A DNA stretch of 64,000 nucleotides from positions 29,538,370 through 29,602,369 of the forward strand of contig NC_083445.1 in NCBI RefSeq assembly GCF_020745735.1, written 5' to 3'. Source of the DNA: Hemiscyllium ocellatum. Taxonomy: Eukaryota. Every line of letters starts with the position of its first letter. The stretch's first letter is position 1. The notes below the pieces were generated by a model. The model did no database searches and had not been told where the DNA came from. It saw only the letters and a list, made by a program, of their open reading frames with translations. Positions 47,385 through 61,614 of the stretch are shown here, piece after piece. The position numbers and the translations under genes are program-made.

Positions 47385-47570
47385 AGACCGTGTCAGGCGC
47401 CATCCGACCAGCAGGAGACGCGAGGGTTTGACATTCCTGATGATGGACTTATGCCCGAAACCTCGAGCCTCCTGCTTCTCGGATGGTGCCTGACATGCTG
47501 CGCTTTTCCAGCACCACACTCTCGACCATGATCTCCAGCATCTGCAGTCCTCACTTTTTCCGAGCCTCAG
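47385..47570 (+). mobile_element. Penelope pseudo-LTR inverted unit with a mutated hammerhead (GAAAC-CTC), about 0.7 kb upstream of the leader
   Basis: ATTCCTGATGATGGACTTATGCCCGAAACCTCGAG followed by the family tail. Confidence 0.65.
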
Positions 47571-48003
47571 ACCGCCCTTGAAACTGTGCAGTGTTGGAAA
47601 ATCGCATGCCTGATGGATTAACATTGAATGAACAGTGAAATTCAGGTGAAGTTTGAAAAGGGAATTTAATAAATTAAAATAGATCCGTGAATAAGAAAGA
47701 AATGTTCTCAGCTTCCACATCATTGCTGTGTTGGGACGAGTTGTTGATCAGACACTGCTATTGAGTGTGTGGAAAATTATAGCCGATCACAAGAAGAAAT
47801 TCTACTACTACAGGGCGCAAATGGATCATTTATCTGTCCCTTGGCAGCTATGATACGCACTATTAACTCATGGTAATTAGCACACTCAAACGTCACTCTA
47901 TACCACTGCTAGCCAGATATGAAGAGGTCCCTCTGCTTAAGTGAGGTGCATGAATCGATAAGTTTTCAAGAAGCTCTGCAAATCCGAGCCAATTCTATTT
48001 TGT

Positions 48004-48151
48004 NNNNNNNNNNNNNNNNNNNNNNNNNNNNNNNNNNNNNNNNNNNNNNNNNNNNNNNNNNNNNNNNNNNNNNNNNNNNNNNNNNNNNNNNNNNNNNNNN
48101 NNNNNNNNNNNNNNNNNNNNNNNNNNNNNNNNNNNNNNNNNNNNNNNNNNN
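48004..48151. other. Assembly gap (148 N) next to CAGA/TAGA-like simple sequence
   Basis: Run of N in the sequence. Confidence 0.99.
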
Positions 48152-49618
48152 ACAAACAGACAGTTGGATAGATAGACATTTACACCGTCAGACAGGCACG
48201 GACAGAATACGTATTGACAAAATGCTGACTGCATACTTGGATGAATGGACAGATGTTTCGGTAAATTTCTCTCTGCCTTGGTCTGAAAAAAGAAATGCTA
48301 TGCTAAATTCTAAATTTCTATTTTCTGACTTCATTGCTTGAGCAGGTTCTTGTTCCATTTGTGTCCGTCTGTGACTTTTAGTCCTTCCCGAAATCCTTAA
48401 TTTCTAAATACCTAGAATGTAAGGCACTGATGAATTGAACCTCAGCAATAGTAACTTGGAGATAGCCCAATGGTACTCCTGATCATTCGCAGCTCAAAGA
48501 CAGAGAGCGGGTATATGCGTGGATTCCGATAGAATGGTTTCAATACTTGGAACATGTGGTTCCTTCATACAGAACGCAACTTCCAATATAAATTCACTCA
48601 AGTTACTTAAATCACAGCAAAGTCAGTGTAGATCATTGGAACGATACCTATTACAGTTGCCCTGTAAATTCTTATTGTTCCATGTTCCCGTGAAGTAAGA
48701 GTCATCAATATGCCCCTTTCCATTCGGTTGATCTTCTATTATGACATTTCTTGAGCATGTGGAGGCTGGTATGGTAATGGAAAACCCAAACTATGCATAA
48801 AATGCATTAACATTTTGCACCGATTTATGCTTTGTTTTCCTTGAGAAGAGAACATCGTTTTTGAATGTGTCAAGACAAAGAAAAATGAACAATTGTTATT
48901 AGTAATCAGAAATTTCTGGAGTGATTTTCAGAGGCAGCTGTAACATTGATCAAAACTACTTCATCCTCCGCCTTATTTTAGAGATTCTCTCCAACATCCT
49001 GAGATTATTAAACTGTGTTGAATTTCAGATTACCTTCAAAGGGCAAATCGCAGTGTTAACTGTTTCTTACCAATGGATAGGAAGGAAACATGAGAGAAGG
49101 CACAATACCAGATCCGCCAATATTTCACAGCCCACCACCCTACACAGTAACTGATACTTCCCCATATTATCGCAATTCCTACTTAACAAGAGGAAATTCG
49201 TTTTTTTTTCTCAAACAATGCGTTGCTTCAATCTCCTCGGAGTTCCATAGCCTCCCAATTTTGAAAGCCATTGATTATTTGTAACTGATTTGTATGTTCC
49301 CGTTGATTAATCGTTGCAGACATTGCCATACCGTCAGGAATATTCGTGCATCATAACCTGTGGTCTGAAAAAGAGCACTTTAAGACGATGAGTCAGTATG
49401 TTCAAAATTTCTTTGAATTACCTTTCATGTTTTAGGTGACCGATTGTATGTTTTGAATTTTATGTTGGAAATTTCAGAATAATAGAACAATTCTGGGGTC
49501 GGATTCAAGTCAAAGTTCACAGTCAGGACCTGTGCTGTCGGTACAAGTAATTTCTGAGAGACGGAGAGTCAGTCTGAATTCTCAATGCATCTGCAACTGC
49601 AGCTCAGGCAATGATTAC

Positions 49619-50377
49619 TGTTGTGACATGGCCGTGAATCTTTCTGCCAATAAAACAAACACACAGAAAAGCTCATCTCGCCTGGCATTCTGTGAAAGTA
49701 TGATTGATAGAGGAACTCCCCAAAATTGCATTATTAAAGAAAAAGTAATAATTGTAATCTTTAACTCCAAAACTGAAAATTAAGCAACAGCTATTTACAA
49801 CTCTCAGCCCCCTTTGTCTTAAAGGTTTGTTATCTATCTCCCAATCTATAAGAATACACTGATCTAACAAATCCCCTAATAAATTTACAGCAAATCAACT
49901 TTTAAAACCAGACAGCAGCTGTCATCTTTCTCTCTTTGTTGATCTTTCTGGGACATCTTTGGTTTTCAGCTGTACAGATTTTTCATATGAACAAGATACA
50001 TTTTAGAGAGAGGTTGTTTGGGCAGTCTGTCTGATAATGACATGTGGTGCCCTCGCTCTGCTAACTGTCCAAAATGCCTGTTTTTTTATGTCCCAGAACA
50101 TCAGATCATCTCATTGGCTCAATGTTGTCAAACTAGTAAAATTCAATTTCGATTGGGTTTTAGTATCTTGGGACACAATGTAAACAGATTGGTTAAATTC
50201 AAACTGCCATGAACACAACTCATGCATCTAGGTTACAGTAATATGTTACTTCTTTCAATTTTTCAGCACAGCCTTTGGCTGCCAGTCAGTCAGATGTCAG
50301 TTGACTACAAACTCTCACTGCCAAAACAGCCTTCGTGCTCTCTTAACTGTACAGTACATGCCTTCAACTTCATAATA
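49619..50377 (-). repeat. Solo LTR of the Gmr1-type family
   Basis: Termini TGTTGTGA...TCATAATA. The right end CTGTACAGTACATGCCTTCAACTTCATAA matches the LTR start at 16335. Confidence 0.7.
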
Positions 50378-52519
50378 TTGCCTCGAGTTCGGTATATTTG
50401 TGTCTTCCCGATCCCTATATGCAATGGCAATGATTATCTGGATTTCCAACCGAATATTCTCTCACATTCCCCTGTGGTGTGAAATTGAAGACCATTCTGC
50501 CATCTCAGTTCCATACATAGCATCCAATTTTACTATTCCAAAGAACTGAAATGGAGGTTTCCCTACTGTACTGTTGAATTTAATTTGATTCCATCACCAG
50601 CAAGAAAATAGATGATCATCACACTACCACACTACTGACCTTTTGGGATATTGTGTGCACAGTGTCTGTTTCAACACCTACATTGCCACCCTCAATTTAA
50701 TTCACAGATGCATTTCTTGCTGACAAGGAGATGCTATGGAAGAGTGAAACACCCTTCTCTCTCTCTCTCTCTCTCTCTTTATGAGTCGGTAAGGCAACAA
50801 TGTTAGAATTCCTCCAGAAACAATGTTTAGAAATGGCCTATTCCGCAACTCAGGACTGAACCACCTATTCGAAACAATTATCTTGTTCCACACAATCAAG
50901 AATAGCGTCTACTTTTTTTCCTCATATGCCAGTATTTCCACCATTGGAGATTGTATCATGTGCAGGTAGTAGATTGGATCCTATGCAATTATCGCACATG
51001 TAATGATGTCACGTTATCCGTGCACAGTTTTAATCATATTTTGATCAGAATTCTCGTGAATGTCATGTGATTTCCAAAATTCCTGGTGAAGCGTGGTCAA
51101 TGTGATCTCAGTTAATGTTAGCAATTTGAAATTAATGCCAATGACAGATGGAATAACAACAAACAAACGTGCATGCATACATACCATGGAAGAACAGTTG
51201 GTCATTTTAATACAGACAGAATATGTTGGTTAATTGGGTTTTGGAGGATGCTGCCAAGATTGTACAAACACTGTATTGGCTTGGCAGGAATTGTTCAAGC
51301 ATTGTCGGAGAGAACGAGGAGATTCTTTTTATTTGAGAAGCGCATAAGTATCACGGCCTGGATACAATAAATGGGAAGTGTTCATCTAGCTTCGGAGGAA
51401 ACTGAGTAAATGGAGCACTTCGAGATACGATAAGGCAGCAAAGTGGCTTGGGGCATTCAGGAAGCTGACTGCATGAAATAGTAGAGGCTGGAACACTCAA
51501 ATCATTTCAAATATGTTTGGTATGTACACTAAATACCTTGGCTTGTGCATTTACGGACCATATGCTATAAAATGAATGTAGACTGGAAGGCTCATTATCC
51601 GGAGCTACAGATCAGATGGGCTAACTGCTTCTTTATGTAGTTAAGATTTTCTGTTATTGTAAGATTAAGCTTTGCCCATTGTCTAATTTGGAGGCTGTCA
51701 TTGACTTGATTTATAACGGACATTCCGCAATGGTTTCAATGATATCACAGATCAATAAATTCCATACCACACTTTGTCTGCTGACGTGGAATTTAATTGT
51801 CAAAATATTCCACAGAGGATGACCGGAGCAATTTTTAAAAAATTCAGCTCAGATCAGCAATATTAATTAACGAAGCTTAAGACATACATCTTTCATTGAC
51901 ATAAATCAACCAGATTCACCTGTGATTAGTTGCAAATTACTATTGCAGCATTGCATGGAAGATGAGCCCTCACAGCGTTGAGAATTATTGATTAATAAGC
52001 ATTGAGAGTTTTTGATTAATGAGCGTTGAGAATTATTGATTAATGCGAGAAACCATCAGAGGATTGTTTAGGGTTAATCACACACACCCACTTGGTGTGG
52101 CTAACAAAGGTGATGCTGAACTAATTCGACTGATGTGCTCCACATGCAGTTCAAATATTTATTTGAAAACGTCCTTCACAATGGACTCTAGAGCAAGTTG
52201 GCAAAATTATGGTTTAAAAGTTTTTTTTTAAACTTTGGACTGCAAAAAGGTTCATAGTGATATTCTACAGGTAGATAAAGCCTTGGCATAAATCGCACAA
52301 CTTCACAATTTGCAATAACGTGAAACTAACCAATCTTTGTGAACAAGGAGTAAGATGGTTCAGAATTTTATAAGGACCTGGAGAGGTTTGTGGTATAAGC
52401 CAACAAATGACACCTGCAATGTAGCACACAGAGTTTTAACACGATTAAGTTCGTGAGAAATAATGTAAAGAGGCAATAAGAGAAGAATGCAACATAATTA
52501 TAACACATCACAGAATGGA

Positions 52520-52883
52520 AAAGCAAGAAAGCCAACATCATCATGGTAATCGCAACCCAGTAATGATCTCCTACAATCACTCATTACAAACAGAAATTCC
52601 AGAAAGCTGAACACACGCACCGACACGTCCCGGAACAGCTTCTTCCTGGCTGTTATTAAACTGATGAGTGGATTCTTTAACTTCAAATATTACTGATCTT
52701 GTTAATGTTAATCTTGTCTCACACACATCCTGTGCGATGTAAACTGAAAGCCTTACTCTAAGTATGTTTTTCTCACTCTATGATCTGTGTCCTTGCTTAC
52801 TATGATCTGCCTGTACTGCTCGCAAACACAGCTTTTCACTGTACCGAGGTACATGTGACAATAATTCAAACCAAATCAAATCA
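52520..52883 (+). mobile_element. Rex1/Babar-like LINE 3' end
   Basis: ...AACAGCTTCTTCCTGGCTGTTATTAAACTG...GTACATGTGACAATAATTCAAACCAAATCAAATC. Confidence 0.45.
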
Positions 52884-52946
52884 GCAGGATTTGAAACCTC
52901 TGTGGAAATTTCATAAGGTGTAACTTTGAATGCTGCAAACAGTTTT

Positions 52947-53310
52947 GGCATCATGGTGGCTCAGTAGTTAGCACTGCTACCTCAGAGCACCAAGGAGCTG
53001 AGTTTAATTCCACCCTCAGGCAACTCAGTTGGAGTTTGTGCATTGTCCCCATGTATGCCTCGGTTCCTTTGGGTGCTCTGCTTTAAGTCCACAATCCAAA
53101 TATGTACAAATTAGGTTGACTGGCCATGCTAAATTACCAATAGTCTCCAGGAATGTGCAGGCTGGGTCAATCAGTCTCTGGAAAAACAGGGTTATAGGGA
53201 AGGGGTTTGGGTCGGGGTGGGATGCTCTCTGGAGGATTGCTGAGGACATGATGTGCCGAATGGCTGGCTTCCATGCCTTAGGGATTCTATTAATGTATAG
53301 GCGTGATATA
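52947..53310 (+). mobile_element. Degenerate HE1-family SINE
   Basis: tRNA head GGTGGCTCAGTAGTTAGCACTGCTACCTCAG and HE1 body. Confidence 0.7.
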
Positions 53311-53959
53311 GTACAGCGAAAGTATTCAAGACCATATTTATACACAAGGAGCTTCCACTCCCCGGGCATGTTGTGGAAGGTGGAGTAGTTTCCTTTTCAG
53401 GAGAAATGGAGGAGATGGGGTTGATTGACACATGTAAAATGATGAGGAGATTGTTCAGAGAAATAAAGGATGTGGTCCCCTTCATGCAAAGAAGAGGAAC
53501 TAAAGGATACTGAAGTGAAATAATTGGCCATAGAGGCAATGGCGAGGTGAGGAAGAAAATCTTCCAAACTCTAGAGGATCAGGAATGCATTAAAATGAGT
53601 TAGGCCTCAATGCAATGTAAGCAGAAAAGTTGGTCAGAACCTTCACAGCAGCTACAATAGGTTATATGCGACATAAAAGAAGATCAATCCAAATTCTGTA
53701 CTCCCAGGATCTCAGGTCGTATAAAAGATGATAATGCGTACAACAGTAAGAAGAGAAGGAGGATCTAAACTTGATTGGACAGAGCTATTGTCTAGTTCTG
53801 CAATATCATGAAAATGTTCCAGCAGAAAAGGAAAAGAGATCGAGACACTGACCAGTCCATAAATAAATGAGTCAGTACAAGATATAAATTTGGAAGAAAT
53901 AAGTCATTGTGCAAATATAATGGAATACATTTTAAAAAACAGAACAGTTGTGTAGAATA

Positions 53960-56400
53960 ATTGCTGAAATATGTCTCAGTGGAGTATTAAAAGGCGTAGA
54001 GGCAATTTTAATGGACCAGGTCAGACACCCTTAAATTATTTTACAAACGTAGCCTGGACCCTAACATTTTCTTATTTTGAAGGCAGATGTGAAGTGGGTG
54101 CTCCAGCTGCGATGTAACTGTTCAAACCACTCAGCTTTAAGAAAAAACTGAGTTTATTTGAACACTACAGTTGAAATACAAGCAAAAGAAAAATGATTTT
54201 CAAATAACATAATTCCTGGAAAACAGAATACGACCGGATACAGCAACTTAAATGCAAACACAGATTCTTACAGGCGGGAGGGAGGAACTTCCAAAGAGAT
54301 TTCAGAGAAAGAGAGAGAGGCAGTCAGGAATCATCTGCTGAAGCTTTCAACCTTCCAGCATCATGTGGATTGCTACGAAATAAGAGAGAAAAATCTTAAT
54401 TTGGAGAATTGGCCATCCCCTGCCAGTGTTAAACTTGATACTTCTGTACCTCTGCCTTTACAATCTCTCTTGGGAAAACAGACACACAATAACAAAATGA
54501 CCTTTCTAAAGTGACAGCGCTGTCACATCTCCCCATTTGAAAAAAAAGTCTTCAATATACAAAGATAGCTTCATTTTAAATGCTTTAGCATTACTCTGTT
54601 AGTACTCAACATTATGTATACATTGCACTGATTATAACCATGCAAACATTCACGATTACGTTTTATTTCAGTCTGTTTATTTCTGCTACTGAACACTTCC
54701 ATTCTTCTTCATCCAAGTCTTGATAATGTGCCGACAATAATGTTTCCTCATCCTTCTCGGTATATAATTTTCAAATTGAACAGTTGCAATAATAAGCTCC
54801 ATCTAAACTGTCTGGAATGCTTGTCCTTGAGTTTCTCCAAAGCCTTTAGTTGGTTGTCATCAGAATACATGACTGACTTAGACACAGTACAGGCAACAAC
54901 AATGTGAAAATGTTGTAACACCAACACTAAGCCTCAAAGTCTCCTTCTCAATTGTTGAATATTTATGTTGATGTATGTTCAATTTCCTGAATAAATATGC
55001 AATAGGTGTTTCTATCCTCTCATCAACTTCCTGTAAGAGCACAGCACAAACACCCACATCACTCGCATTGATAGCCACCATGAACGGCTTTATCGTATTA
55101 ATTGTAGTTAATACTGAGCCAGTGTTTAACACAGCTTTCAGGCTGTCAAATGCCTTCTGACAGTCTGCATTCAGTGAAATTTCCTGCATGTCTTTAGCAA
55201 TTCAGTGAGTGGAGCAGCGGCACTGCTGAAATTTGATATGATTTTCTGGTAAAACCCACTCATCCCAGGAATCATTCTACTGCTCTCTTTGTCAATAGCA
55301 TAGGAAACTCCCCAGTAACCTTTGTCTTCCCATTCCTTGGGACCATCTGTCTATGTCCAATAACATGGCCCAGGAACATGACTTGGGCTTTGGTGAATTC
55401 ACTCTTAGCTAGGTTTATCACCAAGCCTGTTTCCTGAAGTCAATCAAATATTTCCGATAAAAGCGACAAATGTCCCTTTCACATGTGACTAAAAAAACAC
55501 CAGATCATCGATATTCACCGCACATTGGATAAGGACTTTATTGGCTAATCTTTGAAATGTAGCTAACGTATTTTCTATACCAAATGGCATGATTTTAAAT
55601 TGATGCAGTCCATTCGGCGTTACAAAAGCCAAAATTCTCTTTGCTGTTGTGGATAAGGGCGCCTGTCAGTATCTTCAGAGTAAGTCTAACCTAGAAATAT
55701 AGGTTGCTTGTCGCACCTTCTCAATACAGTCTTCCAAACACGGAATCAGATAATAATATGATTTTCTAACTTTACTGACTTTGCGATAGCCTCCATATAA
55801 TCACTGGGTACCATCTGATGTTTGCATCATAACTGTGGGTTAGCTCATGTCACTACAACTCAGTTCAATTCTGTTATCTTGGAGCAAGTGTTTAATCTTA
55901 TTTTGAAACCATGCCAACTTTCAAGGGTTATGTTCATAAATGATATTGCAGAATTGGAACAGCATTTGCTATATCCACATCATGCAAAGTTAGATTCGGA
56001 CTTCCCAGCTTATTTCCACATATCTCTCCATCCAATAACAACAACCATTTCAGGTCATTTGAATTTTCCTGTGGAAGGTAACTCAATCATTTATCCCAAT
56101 TTTTGACAACTTCGCAGTTGTCCAATTTAATTTGAGGAATGGTTAATTCAGAATCCTGTGAACTTGGCTCTTCACTTTGTATTGTAATCAGTAACAACAT
56201 TCCTTTTGCTTTCCTTCCCTGTCAAAATAGCTTTTGAGCAGATTCATGTGACACTCTCTGTCTGATTTTTTTTTGTCTGGAGTCCTTATCAAATAATTCA
56301 TCTCACTCAATGCCCTTTCAACTTGTTAAGACTAACTAAACCACGATTTTAAAATTTCAGCTATGACTGAAATTATCACTAATACCTTATCTCCGTTAGC
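53960..56400 (-). mobile_element. Gypsy 3' portion (RT/RNase H remnants plus 3' LTR at about 53960-54527)
   Basis: ORF 54878-55189 (CQKAFDSLKAVL...VAINASDVGVCAVLLQE...KYSTIEKE). A purine tract precedes TGTGACA near 54527. Confidence 0.7.
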
Positions 56401-56729
56401 AAAAGTACGAGTTTTTGTTGACTTGTCTGCTTCCTATGTTGTCATATACTGTGATATTTTGAAGTGCTGTCGAGCCTTGCTCTATTTAACCGTTCCCCAA
56501 AATTTAACACATAGCCCAAATATGTGGAATCTGAACTCCGACTCACCAATTTCTCCTTTATTAATTTCAGTGTTACCCTCACTTCATGCCTCAAAAACGA
56601 ATTTAAATGTATGTATTTGGTCGATTCATTTGGTGTTTCTCTGATGTCAAGAAGCACAAATGGAAGGTCCTATCCCAATCATCTGGATAGTCTTAAGTAT
56701 AGCCCCAAGTCTGGTCTTTAATATCTGAT

Positions 56730-56853
56730 CTGAAAATGTGTTGCTGGAAAAGCGCAGCAGGTCAGGCAGCATCCAAGGTACAGGAAATTCGATGTTTCAG
56801 GCAAAAGCCCTTCTTCAGCTCTGATCTCCAGCATCTGCAGATCTCACTTTCTC
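56730..56853. mobile_element. 124-bp Penelope-derived element with a perfect 14-bp TSD (CTTTAATATCTGAT)
   Basis: TSD at 56716-56729 and 56854-56867. Its termini match the 3316-3530 element. Confidence 0.8.
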
Positions 56854-56989
56854 CTTTAATATCTGATGCCACCTTTCTACCGCTCCCTGCAGTTCTTGAT
56901 TGTACGCAGGAGATTTTAATTGCTTTATTCCGAAGCTATCCATAACTTCCATGAATAATTTTGATGCAAAATTTGACGCTTGATCTGAT

Positions 56990-59064
56990 TACATCTCTGT
57001 GAATAGTCTGCATGCAGTGAAGACTTTGAGCAACTGTTGGGAAAGCAAATCTTAGCAGGACTTATACACTTAAGGGTAAGTTCCTAGAGAATGTTGCTGA
57101 ACAAAGAGACTTTGGAGTGCAGGTTCATTGCTCCTTGAAAGTGGAGCCGCAGGTAGATAGGATAGTGAAAAGGTGTTTGGTATGCTTTCTTTTATTGGTC
57201 AGAGTATTGAGTACAGGAGTTGAGAGGTCATGTTGCGGCTGTACAGGACATTGGTTAGGCCACTGTTGGAATCTTGCATGAAATTCTGGTCTCCTTCCAC
57301 TGTCTGGTGTTGAGCTTAAGTTGATGCAATGTTAATAGGAGCTTTGACTGGATCAGTATATTGTTATAGAATTGGAGGTAGATAATAGACCTTTAAGAGG
57401 AAGGAGACTTAGAGTTGTAAAACGTTGTTGTTTAATTTCCAAGTTTTGATTTAAAGGATACATTACAGAGGAGGAAATGCTGGATGTCTTGAAATGCATA
57501 AAAGTGGATAAAACCCTAGAATTGATCAGGAGTACCTGAAACTCTGTGAGAAGCTTGGGAAGTGATGACTGAGCTCCTGGCTGAGATATTTCCATCATCG
57601 ATACTAACAGTTGAGGTGCTGGAAGAATGGAGGTTGGCTACCGTGGTGCCACTATTTAAGAAAGGTGGTAAGGAAAAGGCAGGGAACTATAGACCAGTGA
57701 GCCTGGCGTGAGTGGTGGACAAGTTGTTTGAGGGAATCCTGAGAGACAGAATTTACATGTATTTGGAAAGGCAAGGACTGATTAGGGATAGTCAGCATGA
57801 TTTTGTGTGTAGGAAATCACGTCTCATGAACTTGATTGAGTTATTTTGAATAAGTAACAATGAGAATTGATGAGGGCACAGCGGTGATTGTGTTCATATG
57901 GACTTCAGTGAAGTGTTCTTCAAGGTTCCCCATGGTGGACTAGTTAGCAAGGTAGAACTCACGAAATACAGAGTAGTAGCCACTTGGCTACAGAACTGGG
58001 TTGAAGGTAGAAGACAGGGTGCTGGTGGAGGGTTGCTTTTCAGACTGGAGGCCTGTGACCAGTGGAGTACCACAAGGATCGGTGCTGGGTATACTACTTT
58101 TCGTCATTTACATAAATGATTTGGATGTGAGCAAAAGAGGTATATTTAGCAAGTTTTCAGATGACACCAAAATTGGAGGTGTAGTGGACAGTGAACAAGG
58201 TTACGTCAGTGCATAATGGAATCTTGATCAGATGGGCCAATGGACTGAGGAGTGGTCGATGGATTTTAAATTAGATAAATGTGAGGTGCTGCATCTTGGG
58301 AAAGCAACTCAGAACAGAATTTATACACTTAATGTCAAGGTCCTAGGGAGTGTTGCTGAACAAAGAGACCCTGGTGTGCAGGTTCATATCTCCTTGAAAT
58401 TAGAGTCGCAGGTTGATAGATTAATGAAGAAGGTGTTTGGTATGCTTTCCTTTATTGGCCAGAGTAATGAGTTAAGGAGCTCAGAGGTTATATTGTGGCT
58501 GTACAGGATGTTGGTTAGGCCAGTTTTGGAATATTGCATACAGCTCTGGTGTCCTTTCTATCGGAAGGATATTGTGAAACTTGAAAGGGTTCAGAAAGGA
58601 TGTCCAAGGATATTGCCAGGGTTGTAGGATTTGAGTTATGTAGAGAGGCTGAATAGGCTGGGACAGCTTTCCTAGGAGTGCGGAGGCCGAGGAGTAACAT
58701 TGCAGAGGTTTATAAAATCATGAGGGGCATGTATAGGGTAAATCAACAAACTCTTTTATTTGGTATGGGGCGTGTCCAGAACTAGAGGGCATAGGTCTAA
58801 AGTCAGAAGCGAAACATATAAAAGAGACAGAAGGAGCAACCTTTTCACGCAGAGAGTGCTGCGTGTGTGGAATGAGTTGCCTGAGGTAGTGGTGGAAGCT
58901 GGTAAAGGTGCAGCATTTAAAAGGCCTCTGGATGGGAACATGAATAGGAAGGGGTTCGAAGGATACGGACGAAGCGCTAGATAATTGAATTAGGTTAGGT
59001 GAGGATACCTGGACGGCATGAACGATTTGAACGTAAGGGTGTATTTCTCGATGATTCTATGACT
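56990..59064 (+). mobile_element. CR1 LINE fragments (with a short LTR piece at about 57300-57440)
   Basis: RT remnants ([28 protein letters not shown]...FSDDTKIGG) and a 3' tail ATGATTCTATGA. Confidence 0.8.
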
Positions 59065-61326
59065 TGTGGGTAATGCTAGTTCAGACTCAATTGTTAGGCA
59101 GAGCTGGTGAGGTATTCGCAGCGCTGTCAGATGAAGGGTTCAGAGATTGTCAAACAGGCTATTTTGAGTGCTTATGAATTGGTACCAGAAGTGTACAGAC
59201 TTCAGATTCAGACACACAAAGAAGGAAGCAGATCAGACCTGTGTTTAACATGGTCATTTTGACAGATGGGTGTGGGCCTTAAAAATAGATAAGACCTGTG
59301 AGGCTCTTATTCTGCTGGAGGAGTTTATAAACTCTCTTCCAGAGATGATTAGAATTCACGTGGAGGAACAGGAAGTTCAAGAAGTAAGAAAAGCAGCAGG
59401 AATGTTAGTTGAATATACATTGGTACATAAGACATATGTTAGCTTCCAGCAAGAATTTCAACCTATGAGGAATAGAAATCGGTAGAAGGGGCGATCCTAC
59501 ACTGCAAAACAAAGAGTAACAAAGAGTACAGAGCACTGTTAATTGTTTACCACTGGTTAAAGAAGTTGAAGAGGGTGGAAAGGAGGTGAAAGGCCGCTGG
59601 TGTTTTCACTGTAATGGAGCGAGACACAGAAAATTACAGTGCAAGTTCTTTCAGAAAGGCATTGGCAAAGGCACTTTCACTGCCAGAAGGTTGGACACGT
59701 AAAGTCACAGTGCTGGTTGTTAAAGAAAGGAGAAGACATGGTGAATGAAGCTAAGCCAGTGGTATTAGTGAAGGAAAACACAAGAAAAGTCGAGGAACTG
59801 CAATAGAGTACACAGCCTCGGTAAGGTCTGGATGTGTCGGTATCACCTGATCTCTACAAAAAAACAAACACCTCTGTGGGTAAAGGTTACTCAGAAAGAA
59901 CAGGGGAGGAGGAAATAAGTTATAATTTTGAGTGATGCAGGATCTAACCAGTCTGTAATAGGAAGAGATGAACGTGTTGGCACTCTTTATGAACTGTTAC
60001 CTGAGAGGGTAATTTATTGGATAGATGGACAGAAATATGACATTCTGCTATGTAAGATCAAGTTGGAGTGCCAACTCAAGACAAGGGAAGGAACAGTGGG
60101 AGTGATTGACAAAGTGTCAGTTCCAGGAATTCAGTTTGTTCTTAGGAACGATTTAGCAGGATCCAAGGTGGGAGTGACACCCCTTGTTGTAGGAAAGCCC
60201 AAAGAAGACCAAGGAACGGAGCAGTTAAAACAAAAACACCCTGGTATTTTCCCAGCCTGTGTAGTAACCAGATCCCACTATCATAAATTACAGCACAAAG
60301 AAAAAACTAATGAGAAACATGAAGATATTGAGGTTCAGTTAACGGACACTCCGTTTGACGTAATGATGTATGAAAACATTGAACAGGCACAGGGTCAGTG
60401 AGAAGTGTTTTGTCCTACAAGGCTAATGGATGTACCGCAGACAGACGAAGCAATAAAATACATATATGTTGTTGCGTACTTTTTATCATCAAAAAGGAAC
60501 TATTGAGTTTGATACTGGTTTTACAACATTTTAATGTTTATGTGATGATCAATGTTTCAGAGACAGTTGTGTACATGACTCACAATCCTCTTACATTCTT
60601 TGAATGATTTAAAGACAAGAATATGAAGCTATTTCATTGGAGTCTTATGCTACAGGCTTTTTATGTTACAAATTGTATATGTTGCAGATCATAAAAATGT
60701 GATAGCAGATGCGTTATTGCGGATTTACCGGATAAAGTATAGGTAAGATAAAACAGATACCAACGTTTTACACATATGCATTTCATTACAATGCAGTGAA
60801 GAATTAGAAAAAAGATGAAACCATCTTTTCATTATAATGTTTCATATTTTTATTCCCAGAGTAGGTGTTACAAATGTGTGTACTATATCGTTAAGAAAGA
60901 GAGTGAAAGCTGCTTGGCACTGAGAGCTTGCAGATACCTGTCATCTGACTGACTAACAGGCTCAGAGTGTCCTGGAAAAGTCAAAATATGCAACATTTGG
61001 CTGTGAAACAAATACCTGACTTTTGGTTGTTACGTTTGTTACAACAGTTTGAATTTAACCGATCAGTTCAAATTACGCCTCAGATACTAAAGCCTAATCG
61101 AATTTTAATTTTACTGTTTTGACAACTTCGAACCAATGAGACCATCCAATGTTTGGGGTATAACGGAAGCCAGCAGTTTGAGGATTAGCCAGCGAGAGAG
61201 CTAGACACCAACTGTCATCACCAGAGTTACTGCTAGCCAAGCACCCTCTATCCAAGGTACGTTTTCACATGAAACATCTGGCTGTTTGGTTTAATTTGCA
61301 GAGGGCTTCACGACTGTGTCATAACA
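59065..61326 (+). mobile_element. Internally deleted Gmr1-type element (gag, PR region, RNase H end, shortened 3' LTR 60866-61326)
   Basis: [33 protein letters not shown]; [18 protein letters not shown]...HPGIFPACVVTRS. Ends TCATAACA. Confidence 0.75.
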
Positions 61327-61614
61327 TATACCACCTTTATTATCTTCATGGAGATCTACTTTTCCCCTGCCATATAAGAATTTCTCTTTGCTCCAATTTC
61401 AATCTGCCATGGATTGAACTTGCTGTTGGAAGCCAAACTTTGATTTATGAACCAATTCATAATTACCAGCCATTTCAGCTGTTAATCTTACAGTTTTAAC
61501 ACTTTGCTTTTCAACATTAGTTCTCACGATCTCAAGAAGTGATTGTTGAAATCCTCCAAAATAATAATTTCTCTCAGAGCATCATCTATTTGTTCTATTC
61601 TTAATGTCAAAGAG

